Assembly: GCA_035221665.1 (NCBI GenBank)
Contig: CM069164.1
Location: forward strand, 27,590,001 to 27,654,000
Direction of reading: 5' to 3'
Length of the DNA: 64,000 nucleotides
DNA from: Okamejei kenojei
Lineage: Eukaryota
Below the pieces are notes generated by a model, which was not told where the DNA came from, searched no databases, and saw nothing but the letters and a program-made list of their open reading frames with translations. Below, one piece after another: positions 37,205-48,819 of this stretch; positions within the stretch are counted from its first letter, which is position 1; the number at the start of each line of letters is the position of its first letter. Position numbers and translations under genes: made by a program.

Positions 37205-37960
37205 AGGTGTGGTCTGTAGACCTCACAGCTTCACCTGCAACTCAGCAGTGATCTTAGAAAGTCTCAGAAGATTCACTGGGAGGAAAGGAAAGGAAACCCT
37301 TAAATTCCACTGGTAATGAGCTCTTATTCCTCAAATTACTCAGAACACTGATAAGGTTTTAAGTAATGAAGAGGCGAACATAATCAATCATAATCTAGGC
37401 TCATCTTGTCAATACACATTGAGAGGTGAGGGAGCACACCCAAGTCCAGGGCAACGTCAGCAGAAATAAGTCTTGCTGTCTGTAGACTTGCAGAGTGAAA
37501 CAGAACTCTGCCCTCCACCATCGATCCGGCGAGGTCCCTAAAGGTTGACTAGTGGGAGAACATAAAAAAACTCTTAAACCCGCAGAATGCCAATAATGAG
37601 CTTTCATTACTTATATTGCTGCGAACACTGATTAGTTTTTATCAGGCAGAGAAGGCGGCAATGATCAATCATAATCCCGCCCTGACTTGTCGATGTACAT
37701 CTAGGGGTTAGCCAATTCCGACAAGCATTGGCGACGTCAGCAAAAATTAATCAAACTGATCATCGGCCGGTAATAGATCCGATGGAAAATTAGCGAGTGA
37801 TTAAATTGCCAGTGCCTGGGAACCAATAATTAAATTAAATCACCTATTCACCTAGGTCCTATCAGGATAGCTCTTTATGCTAAAAACATTAAACTCAGAA
37901 TGCTTATTAAACCTAAGGTGAAAGAGAGTCATCGTCTCGAGAATTAGGTCGTGTCAAAAA
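37205..37960. repeat. Highly degenerate tandem repeat, period about 270-280 bp, 2 clear units plus 1 weak
   Basis: Blocks gtctgtagac, taatgagct, gaacactgat, atcaatcataatc, cttgtc and acgtcagca recur in the same order. Confidence 0.7.
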
Positions 37961-38082
37961 GAATACTGGCGCACAGCGCAAAATGATTTTAAAGTTTGTC
38001 ATTGCTCATTCCACACGTCGAGGTTTCTTCTTAAAGAGCCTTTCCTCTTCTTTGTAAATTAAGTACCTTTTCAATTCAAACT

Positions 38083-38380
38083 GGGCAGCGTGGTGGCACA
38101 GCGGTAGAGTTGCTGCCTCACAGTGCCAGAGACCAGGGTTCGATCCTGACCTTGGGTACCTATTTGTACGTTCTCCCTGTGACCTGCGTGGGTTTTCTCC
38201 GGGCGCTCCGGTTTCCTCCCACACTCCAAAGATGTGCAGGTTTGTAGGCTAATTGGCTTCTGCAATTTGTCCCCAGTGCGTGTAGGACAGAGCTAGTGTA
38301 CCGGGTGATCGCTGGTGGGTGCGGACTCACTGGGCCAAGGGACCTGTTTCCACGCTGTACCTCTAAACTAAACTACACTA
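38083..38380 (+). mobile_element. V-SINE
   Basis: Full copy. Confidence 0.9.
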
Positions 38381-39019
38381 CAAACAAAAACCGCTTCCTT
38401 TCCTCCCTGCCCTTTAGTGAACAAAACATTAAGTTCTTTTCATTTGAAGAGACAGGACTCTAAATGTTATTTGTCTGCAGCATCCTTTTCAATATGGGGA
38501 TGTTTCATGTTTGACGACAGAAATTTTTCTTGAGCTGAAATTGTAAATGCATTCACTAATTTCATGATTATTTACATGGCAGTGGGAATAAATGTTAGCA
38601 AACAGATGCACCGTAAAATAGAAATGGGATGAAAGACAGTCAGAACATCACTGAATATTATTTCGTGCCTTTTCGTGTCATAAACGGGCTCTTTGCACCA
38701 ATTCCATTTCCCTGCCCATTTATAATTCATGCCCTGTAATAGCTCCAAATATTTTTTTGGGAGAAACTCAATGTTTGCCAGTTGATGTGACACGATGGTC
38801 AGCACGCTAGGCACACATGGAGCGGTGGCGTGTTAATGACCCTGGCCCTGTGTTCAGCAGAAGTGACACAAGCTCTTGTTACAATACAAATTAACTTCCC
38901 TGAAGTTTGATGTCATTAACCAAGTTAGATGAGAGATTATATGCTTTCAGCCTTTTTGTTACATGGGGGGGGGGGGGGATAAAGATCTTAAAGACACTAT
39001 TTTTTTGTATGGAACAGAA

Positions 39020-39330
39020 ACACGGTGGCGCAGCGGTAGAGTTGCTGCCTCACAGCGCCAGAGACCCAGGTTCGATCCTGACCATGGGTGCTGTCTGTAC
39101 GGAGTTTGTACCTTCTCCCCGTGACCCGAGTGAGTTTTCTCCGGGTGCTCCGGTATCCTCCCACATGCAAAAGACATTCAGGTTAGTAGATCAATTGGCT
39201 TTGGTAACACTGTAAATTGTCACTGTGTGTGTAGGATAGTGTTAGTGTGCGGGGATCGCTGGACGGCGCAGACTTAGTGGGCTGAAGGGCCTGTTTCTGA
39301 GCTGAATCTCCACACTAAACTAAACTAAAT
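39020..39330 (+). mobile_element. V-SINE
   Basis: Full copy; followed by Rex 3' fragments on the minus strand (39335-39730). Confidence 0.9.
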
Positions 39331-39845
39331 TCTCAGTTCAGTTTGGTTTAGTTTATTGTCACGTGTATCGAGGTACAGTAAAAAGCTTTTGTCGCGTGCT
39401 ATCCAGTTAGCAGAAAGACAATACATGATTACAATCGAGCCATTTACAGTGTATAGATACAAGACAAGGGAATAACGTTTAGTGCAAGGTGAAGCCAGCA
39501 AAGTCTGATCAAGGATAGTCCAAGGGTCATCAAAGAGGTAGAGAGTAGTTCAGTGCTGCTCTCTGGCTGTGGTAGGGTGGTTCAGTTGCCTGATAACAGC
39601 CGGAAATGAATGAATGAATAAGTTTATTGACCAAGTATTCACATACAAGGAATTTGCCTTGGTGCTCCACCCACAAGTGACAACATGACAGTGGGCAGTG
39701 AGGAATGACACATAAAACATTAAACATTAATAATAATATTATTCTTATAATAATAATAAATAATAAACTGCCTGAATCAGGAGGAGATTCTCAGTTGCAC
39801 CCCACTGTAAAATCTGTTTGAGCCGGACTTTTTACTGGCGTGTGA

Positions 39846-40125
39846 AAGATACATCTTCCAGATGCGCTGGGACGCATCCTCAGTGATGTGACCTGGGGTC
39901 ATCGGGTGTTTCGGGTCTCACAGCATCAGACGCCCTCGCCCAGGTGACCCAGCCGGGGTTGATCAGGCCCCGACCTGCGTCCCAGCAGCAACCGCCCACG
40001 GACCAGCCCTCTTAATCCAAAGCCACCTCGTGGCTTTCTCTGCGGCTTCGCTTGCGGATTGAATGGCCCTCTTCTTCGCCAGCCCCGTGATGCCCAACTG
40101 GTTGAGGAATTTGCAAGCAAACTCA
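39846..40125 (-). mobile_element. Hero (R2-group, restriction-like endonuclease) retrotransposon 3' end
   Basis: Minus frame CKFLNQLGITGLAKKRAIQSASEAAEKATRWLWIKRAGPW; UTR homologous to 49067-49187. Confidence 0.85.
39871..39935 (-). ncRNA. Predicted permuted hammerhead ribozyme in Hero 3' UTR
   Basis: GGGCGUC|UGAUG ... GACCC-GAAA-CACCC ... CAUCA-CUGAGGA-U-GCGUC; all core nucleotides present, strand order non-circular. Confidence 0.55.
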
Positions 40126-40861
40126 GCGAGCAAAAGATTATAGAATCCCCATTTTAAGGACTGGTTCTAAAGAAGAACCTGCCTTAATTTCAGATGGAAT
40201 AAGATGTTGGCACGTGTTGTGTATTGACACCGTTGAGGCACAGCGACTCACGCACGGCACGGTGCGAGGCTGGCTCGCCGTCATACACGGCCCTGAACAA
40301 TTACCGCCCAGTGTGAGTTAGGATTCAGACTACATTATTGATGTAATGTCAAGAGGACTTGACACTGCCCCTTACTGCCATCAGAGATCAGTTCACTCGG
40401 CAAGAACAAGCAAGTGCTACTTAATGGGCAGGAGGAAGCCCTGAATGGCTTCATTCAGTGGCAGGAGTTTTACATGGGCCAAGGCTCTTGTAATTTGATG
40501 TGGCTGCAATCCAGACAACCCCACCATGTGTCAAGAAACAAAAATGATAAAGAAAGCTCAGGAGATCATTCCTTTGGCAGTCAACGTACCTGTCATCAAG
40601 TGAAATGCTGTGTTCAATGAGGACAAGGCAGAACTAAGGCCGCCTACTTTGTTCCCTTGGTCATAGGTGAGGTTTTATTATTTTCAAAATACACAAACAA
40701 TTTATCAAAAACAGACTCAGGGCTGGAGACACTGTGAACTGTAACCTGAGAAATTCCTTCAAGCAGCTCCCATTTCCCTTACACCTCCACAACAGTGGTG
40801 TTGCCGGGTAGACCTTGCCCAGAGAAGGGGAATCGAGGACCGGAGGACATAGGTTTAAGGT

Positions 40862-41096
40862 AAGTCAAGTCACGTTTATTTCTATAGCACATTTAAAAAA
40901 ACAACTCTCGTTGACCAAAGTGCTTTACATTGGTGGAGGTACTAACGTTATACAACTGTGGTTCATAGATTAAGCACATACATAAATACACACATATAGC
41001 CCTCCCTCAGAGGACGTCTAGAAAGGCTCGAGAGTAAAGATGAGTTTTAAGTCTCGACTTAAAAGAGTCAATGGAGGGGGCAGTTCTGATGGGAAG
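40862..41096 (-). mobile_element. L2 3' end nested in a CR1 fragment (40810-41290, +)
   Basis: Same family as 5971-6236; LPIRTAPSIDSFKSRLKTHLYSRAF on the minus strand. Confidence 0.85.
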
Positions 41097-41554
41097 TTCT
41101 AGGGGGGGGAAGATTTAATAGGAATCTGAGGGGTAACTTTTTCGACACAAAGGGTAGTGGGTGTATGGAACAAGCTGCTGGAGGAGTTAGTTGAGGCTGG
41201 GACTATTGTAACGTTTAAGAAACAATTAGATAGGTACATGGATAGGAAAGGTTTGGCGGGATATGGGCCAAACGCAGGTAGGTGGGCCAAAGGGCAGACT
41301 CTTTGTCCCTATGAAAACCCTACAAGTGTGCAGAAAGTCCCTGCTGCAGATCAGTCACTTTACACTGTCAGGCATTGTGTCTTACAGCGCCAGAAACCTT
41401 GGTTTAATCCTGACTACGGGTTCTGCCTGTACGGTTAAATACTTTCTCCCTGTAAAAGTAGGAAAGATCCTTGCATCCTGTCAGCCATTTCCAGAGCCCA
41501 ATCCTAAATAATATGATGTAGGAAGAAACTGCAGATGCTGGTTTAAACTAAAGG

Positions 41555-42112
41555 CAGCGCCTCTACTTCCTGAGAAGACTACGGAGAGTCGGTTTGTCAA
41601 AGAGGACTCTCTCGAACCTTTACAGGTGCACAGTAGAGAGCTTGCTGACTGGTTGCATCGTGGCTTGGTTCGGCAACTTGAACGTCCCGGAGCGGAAAAG
41701 ACCGCAAAAAGTTGTAACCACTGCCCCAGTCCATCATCGGTTCTGACCTCCCCACCATCGAGGGGATCCATCGCAGACGCTGCCTCAAAAATGCAGCCAG
41801 CATCATCAAGGACCGACACCATCCTGGCCACGCACTCATCTCTCCGCTACCATCGGGTAGAAGGTACAGGAGCCTGAAATCTGTTACAATCAGGTTCAGG
41901 AACAGCTTCTTCCCCACAGCCATCGGGCTATTAAACTCGCCAACAAACAGACTCTGAACTGTAACAGCCTATTGCGCTTTTTCTGCTTATTTATGTGTAT
42001 ACTGAACCAAACTGTTCTGTATTTTTGCTTACAATATTCTGTTGTGCTGCAGCAAGCAAGAATGCCATTGTCCTATCTGGGTCACATGACAATGAACTCT
42101 CTTGACTTGATT
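41555..42112 (+). mobile_element. Rex1/Babar LINE 3' end
   Basis: YRCTVESLLTGCIVAWFGN..; RRCLKNAASIIK; HPGHALISPLPSGRRYRSLKSVTIRFRNSFFPTA. Confidence 0.92.
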
Positions 42113-42949
42113 GACATACAGACAGACACAAAAAGCTGGAGTAACTCAGCAGGACAGGCAGCACCTCTGGAGAGAAGGAATGCGTGACATTTCGGGGTCC
42201 GAAGAAGGGTCTCGACCCAAAACGTCACCCATTCCTTCTATCCAGAGATGCTGCCTGTCCTGCGAGTTACTCCAGCATTTTGTGTCTATCTTGAATAATA
42301 TGTCTCAACTCTGCTTGCCAACTGTTGAATCACATCTCTGTTTTGGTGATTGAAGCATACATTCAACCAAATCTCTGAAGAAGGATCTTGACCCGTAACG
42401 TCACATGTCCACGATCTCCAGAGATGCTGCTTATACTCATAGAGTCACATACAGCGTGGAAACAAGCCAAGTTCTTTCAGTGCCGTCTCTCCGCCTACAG
42501 AATGGAGTTGCTAAGTTTCCTTGAAAATTATTTATCGTTAATGTCTTTATTGACCTGCAATTGTTTTAATGTGTTTTTAATTGACTATTTGTGTTTTGTT
42601 AATCATGTACATCATTGTTAGTAGTGTAGGAGGGAACTGCAGACGCTGGTTGAGTCTGAAGAAGGATTTCAACCCGAAACGTCACCCATTCCGTCTCTCC
42701 AGAGATGATGCCTGCCCCGCTCAGTTACTCCACCATTTTGTGTCTATCATAGTTAATAGCAGTTGAATGTCTATAGGAGATTTGGCAGGGTGGATAACAT
42801 GATGTTCCCTTATGTGGGGGAATCGAGATGGAGGGAGTCACCTACATAAGATCAAGCAGAGACATTAGTTTTACTCTCATGGGATCATGAATCTTTAGAA
42901 AGGAGATGTGGAGGAATTTATTCAGTCAGAGGGCGGTGAATCTAGAATT

Positions 42950-43235
42950 CACAGCGGTAGAGTTGCTGCCTTACAGCGCCAGAGACCCGGGTTCAATCCC
43001 GAGTATGGGTGCTGTCTGTACGGATTTTGTACGTTCTCCCCGTGACCTGCGTGGGCTTTCTCCGAGATCTTCGGTTTCCTCCCACAACCATGTACAGGCT
43101 TGTAGGTTGATTGGCTTGGTGTAAATGTAAGCTGTCACTAGTGTGTGTAGGGTAGTGTTAATGTGCGCGGATCGCTGGTCGGCGCGGACCCGGTGGGCCG
43201 AAGGGCCTGTTTCTGCGCTGTATCTCTAAACCAAA
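42950..43235 (+). mobile_element. V-SINE
   Basis: Near full copy. Confidence 0.88.
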
Positions 43236-44689
43236 CATACTAATGATCAGAACAATGGTATACAGCTCTGGTGGCATTCGTGAAGAAAGAAAGATTTCAC
43301 ATTGATGACCAAACAAAATATTATTACAGACTTCCAGCATCTGCAATTTTATTCTTTTGAAGTCCTATTTTGGGACCATTTTTTCTTCACATCGCTACAG
43401 TACAGATCTTTTGATCTTATAAAGTCCAAGTTATGATTGTTTTTTTTATCAATACCACAATATTGCTGCATGTAATCTTCTTCATCAAACTGTATTCAAG
43501 TTAGTAAATAGTTCAACTAAATGTCTGCAGACTATCCAAATAATTTAATATTTTCCATGGAAAATAAGTACTTAGTAAATTATTGTCAATCAATTATGCT
43601 CTAAATTCTGAACTCTACAAACTGTTAATGGCCAACGGAACATGAAAAGCTTTTAAGTCATTCTTTATCTGATTGAATCTTTGGTTATGTTAATATGTGG
43701 TGGAACTCTAACCTTTGGTAAAAGAAATCCGACTTATAACGCAATGGTTTTCAAACAGAGTCATAGAGTCACACAGCATGCAAACAGGCCCATCGGCCCA
43801 ACTTGCCCACACTAACCAAGAATGCCTCATTGCCACTAGTCCCCCCTGCCTGCGTTTGGCCCATATACCTCTAAACCTTTCCTATCCATGCCCCTACAGT
43901 CCATGTCTTTTAAAAGTGACAGTAACCTGCTTCAACTACCTCTTCTGGCAGCTCTTTCCATACACCCACCACCCATTGTATAAAAAATCAGTTCCTATTA
44001 AATCTTTCCCCCGTCATTTTAAGCCTATGCTGCCTGACCCACTGAGCTCCTCCAGCACCTTGTGCTTTGCTCAAGATTCTAGCATCTGCAGTTTCGTTAA
44101 GCACAGGTACCCTGTCAGACCCCATTATGTTGGTAACCTCTGACACCCGTACTAATCAAGAATCTATCTATCTCTGCCTTAAAAATATCCACTGACCTGG
44201 CCACCACGGCCTTCTGTGGCAAAGAATTCCACAGATTCACCACCCTCTGACTAAAGATATATTATACTTGAAATGATCTCAGTAACAGACATGCACCTGA
44301 TGTTGCAATCCTCGGCGAGTTTTGTTATAGAAATCAGACCACTGTTATGCATTACATTTGAGTCATTCACCGTGTACAGATACTTGATAAGGGAATAATG
44401 TTTAGTGCAAGGTAAAACCAGCAAGGTTCAAACAAAGACAGTCCGAGGGTCACCTATGAGGTAGATAGTAGTTCAGGACCGCTCTCTGGTTGTGCTAGGA
44501 TGGTTCAGTTGCCTGATAACAGCTGGGAAGAAACTGTCCCTGAATCTGGAGGTGTGCGTTTTCACACTTCTGTGCCTTTTGCCTGATGGGAGAGGGGAGA
44601 AGAGGGAGTGGCCAGGGTGCGACTGGTCCTTGATGATGCTGCTAGCCTTGCCGATGCAGCGTGAGGTGTGGATGGAGTCAATGGAAGGG

Positions 44690-45110
44690 AGTTGCGCAAG
44701 TTGGAGGAACAGCACCTCATATTCCGCTTGGGGAGTCTGCATCCTTTGGGCTTGAACATTGAATTTTCTCAATTCTGTTAACGCCTGCTGTCTCCTCCCC
44801 TTCCCACCTCTCCCTCAGCCCTCGGGCCCTGGCATTCCCTCTATCTCTATCTCTCTCCCCCACCCTAGTCGCACTAGCTTCTCATTTTCACACCACAAAC
44901 AGCTTACAATGGCTTGTTCCCTTTATCATCGATACTTTTTTGCATATCTTTCATTCATTGTTCTTCATCTCTCCACATCACCGTCTATATCTCTCGTTTC
45001 CCTGATACCTGACCAGTCTGAAGAAGGGTCTCGACCCGAAACGTCGCCTATCTCCTTCGCTCCTTAGATGCTGCTGCACCCGCTGAGTTTCTCCAGCTTT
45101 TTGTGTAACC
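44690..45110 (+). mobile_element. PLE 3' end with GIY-YIG C-terminus and 13-bp TSD
   Basis: RKLEEQHLIFRLGSLHPLGLNIEFSQFC*; TSD gtcaatggaaggg at 44677-44689 and 45111-45123. Confidence 0.93.
45014..45048 (+). ncRNA. Minimal type I hammerhead motif of PLE (representative copy)
   Basis: CUGAAGA-A-GGGU(CUCG)ACCC-GAAA-CG-UC; stem III reduced to palindromic ACGU. Confidence 0.65.
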
Positions 45111-45572
45111 GTCAATGGAAGGGCTGTTGGTTTGTGTGATGGCCTGGGCTGCGTCCACAATTCGCTGCAATTTCTTGCGGGTCTTGGATGGAGCTGTTCC
45201 CAAACCATGCTGTGATGTAAAAACTGGGTTGTATAGATAACCACAACTGGGGTAACCATCCAATGACCTGATAGCAGAAGTGTGCAGGAAGCAACTGCAG
45301 ATGCTGATTTACACTGAAGATAGGAACAAAAAGCTGGAGTAACTCAACGGGACAGGCAGCAACTCTGGAGAGAAGGAATGGGTGACGTTTCGGGCTGAGA
45401 CCCTTCTTCAGACTTTCTGCTGAATGGTTAGTACCCGACAAAAGCTTTTCACTGTACCTCGGCACACGTGACAATAAACAAAACTGAAACTGAAGCTTTC
45501 AATGTGCCAGCCACAAGCCTGTCCTTGATTTTAATGAGGACAAAGAGTCCAGTTGATTTAGAATAATCAAAT

Positions 45573-45905
45573 GGGCGGTCACAGTGGCGCAGCGGTAGAG
45601 TTGCTGCCTTACAGCGAATGCAGCGCCGGAGACCCGGGTTCGATCCCGACTACGGGCGCTGCCTGTACGGAGTTTGTACGTTCTCCCCATGATCTGTGTG
45701 GATTTTCTCTGAGATCTTTGGTTTCCTCCCACACTCCAAAGACGTACAGGTTTGTAGGTTAATTGGCTTGGTAAATATAAAAATTGTCCCTGGTGGGTGT
45801 AGGATAGTGTTAATGTGCGGGGATCACTGGTCAGCACGGACCCGGTGGGCCGAAGGGCCTGTTTCTGTGCTGTATCTCCAAAACCTAACACCAAAACCTA
45901 ACACC
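45573..45905 (+). mobile_element. V-SINE
   Basis: Full copy. Confidence 0.9.
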
Positions 45906-46331
45906 AAAATATAGTGCATTTTCTTTAAAAATGCACTATATTTTCTCAAGAGATTTCAATCAAAACATATTATGACATCGTGCTGTTATCAATTTTAGAA
46001 CTAATTAGCAAATGGTATTTGCATTTCTTTTTTAAAGAGCATAAATGATTGCAAAGAACAAACAGATTAACATCATTTTTCTGGAGAACATGTCATTTGC
46101 CCCAGTTCTATTCACACTCTATAAAGCGTTATGATATGTAGGACAGAAATCACATTTCTGAGATTGCACGAGAATGACATTGAGCAGGAAACCTCTACAA
46201 ATACATAATAATTCCTGGTCTCAGATATACCAACGTGCTTCAGGAGCAAAGGAACATGATGGTGCATGAAACATAAAATATCATGAGGTGAAATGAAAAG
46301 CCAACAGCCATATTGTTTAGAACAGTAACTA

Positions 46332-46820
46332 AGGCTCAGTGGCGCAGCGGTAGAGTTGCTGCCTTACAGCGCCAGACACCCGGGTGCGATCCTGACTACG
46401 GGCTCTGTCTGCACAGAGTTTGTACATTCTCCCGTAACTGCGCGGATTTTCTCCGAGTGCTCCAGTTTTCACCCACATTCCAAAGACGTACAGGTTTGTA
46501 GGTCAAAAGGCTTCAGTAAAAACTATGTGTAGGATAGTGTTAGTGTACGGGGTGATTGCTGGTCGGAGCGGACTTGGTGGGCCGAAGGGCCTGTTTCCAT
46601 GCTCTATTAATGCTGACCATGGGTACTGTCTGTATGGAGTTTGTGCAGTCTCCCCGTAACCGTATGGCTTCTCTCCGGGTGCCTCCTATGCTCCAAAGAC
46701 GTGCGGGCTTATAGGTTAATTGAACTCTGTAAATTGTCATTAGTGCTTAGAACAGAACCGGTGTACAGTGGACTGGGTGGGCCGAAGGGCCTGTTTCCAT
46801 GGTGTCTCTCTAAACTGAGA
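46332..46820 (+). mobile_element. Two tandem V-SINE copies
   Basis: 46332-46605 and about 46612-46820. Confidence 0.8.
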
Positions 46821-47827
46821 AACTTTATTTTTGACCGACTGATGCCATCGGGTGAGAAAAGAATATTGGCCTCTTGTTACCTTCTTCAGGTGTCACCTGG
46901 ACCAGCATCTCAGTGGATCCCTCAGGTCCACCTAGATGTAGCTCAGACCAACCCAACAGTCCGATAAATATGTAGGAAGGAACTGCAGATGGTGGTTTAG
47001 ACTGAAGATAGACACAAAGTGCTGGAGTAATTCAACGAGAAAGGCAGCATCTCTGCTGGAGAGAAGGAAACATTGCAACTTACCAAATAGTGAAAGGCCT
47101 GGATGGGGTGGTTGTGGAGATGATGTTTCCACCAGTGGGAGTAGGACCAGAGGCCACAGTCTGAGAATAAAACAACATACCTGTGGAAAGTAGATGAGGA
47201 GGAATCTCTTTAGTCAGAGGGTGGTGAATCTGTGGAATTCATTGCCGGAGACAGCTGTGGTCAATGGATATCTCTAAGACAGAGATTGATGGGTTCTTGA
47301 TTAGTACGGGTGTCAAGGGTTATAGAGAAAAGGCAGGAGAATGAGGTTGAGAGGGAAAGTTAGATCAGCCATAATTGAATGGCGGAGTAGACTCGATGGG
47401 CCGAATGGCCTAATTCTGCTCCTATCACTTATTAACTCCACCAGCTGTGCCAGTGTGCGGCTATTGTCTCGATATATAGTGGCTATTGATGAATGTTTTG
47501 ACCTAGACCGTGCCAGTCAGCTTCGTTAAACTGTGCCACCAAAGTGCTCGGTGATAAATGTGATTTAAGTATCTCGCACACCTCACGCTCCAGCATGTTC
47601 AGCCAGTGAAGTGCGGAGCTGACCTCGGGTTAATTAGTATTTAAATAGCGATTTGTGGACCTGACTCAGCCAGAGCAGGCTATCGTGTGGCCATCAGTGA
47701 CCACGTCAGCATTGTGGCCCACCCCAATTGTTCCAGCATTGAATGACCTTCTAAGGCTCACCAGGGGTGGTTGTCAGTCACTCTAAAGCAAGTCTGGAAT
47801 CACGTAAAAAATTTGGAGTCTAGATAA

Positions 47828-48630
47828 AAGGAATGGGTGACTTTTCGGGTCGAGACCCTTTTTTCAGTCTGAAGAAGGGACTCGACCCGAAACAAGAGTC
47901 GTCGAATATAGGAGCAAAGAGGTCCTTCTGCAGCTGTACAGAGGCCCAGTGAGACCACACCTGGAGTATTGTGTGCAGTCTTGACCCCCTAATTTGAGGT
48001 AGGACATTCTTGCTATTGAGGGAGTTCAGCGTAGGTTTACAAGGTTAATTCCCAGGTTGGCGGGACTGTCATATGCTGAGAGAATGGAACGGCGGGGCTT
48101 GTACACTCTGGAATTTAGAAGGATGAGAGGGAATCTCATTGAAACATATAAAATCGTTAAGGGCTTGGACACGCTAGAGGCAGGAAACATGTTCCCGATG
48201 TTGGGGGAGTCCAGAACCAGGGGCCACAGTTTAAGAATAAGGAGTAAGTCATTTAGAACGGAGACGAGGAAACACTTTTTCACACAGAGAATGTGAGTCT
48301 GTGGAATTCTCTGCCTCAGAGGGCAGTGGAGGCAGGTTCTCTGGATGTTTCAAGAGAGAGCTAGATAGGGCTCTTAAAAATAGTGGAGTCAGGGTATATG
48401 GGGAGAGGGCAGGAACGGGGTACTGATTGGGGATGATCAGCCATGATCACATTGAATGGCGGTGCTAGCTCGAAGGGCCGAATGGCCTACTTCTACTATT
48501 ATTGTCATATTGTCTATTGAAACGTCACCCATTCCTTCTCTCCAGAGATGCTGCCTGTCCCGCTGAGTTACTCCAGCATTTTGTGTCTATCTTCAGTTTA
48601 AACCAACATCTGCAGTTCCTTCCAACACAA
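47828..48630. mobile_element. PLE foldback with 13-bp TSD, split by CR1
   Basis: TSD ggagtctagataa at 47815-47827 and 48631-48643. Confidence 0.88.
47894..48518 (+). mobile_element. CR1 3' fragment
   Basis: EYRSKEVLLQLY..; GLYTLEFRRMRGNLIETYKIVKG; tail; gaaac duplicated at the junctions. Confidence 0.95.
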
Positions 48631-48819
48631 GGAGTCTAGATAAGGGCTATTAGACTGCCGGCTGGTCATACCGCAATCCAGGACCAATTAAAACGCTAAC
48701 AAAAGTATGTGTGGCCCGTGGAGAATAGCGGAGGAGGTATTCTGCACAGTACTTGCAGAGGAAGGAACTGCAGATGCTGGTTTACACTGAAGATAGACTG
48801 AAGATAGATTACACTGGAA

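Larger units (their letters stand above)
44365..45225 (-). mobile_element. Rex1/Babar 3' end split by a PLE
   Basis: ORFs 44473-44772(-) and 45048-45263(-) carry consecutive Rex motifs. Confidence 0.9.
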
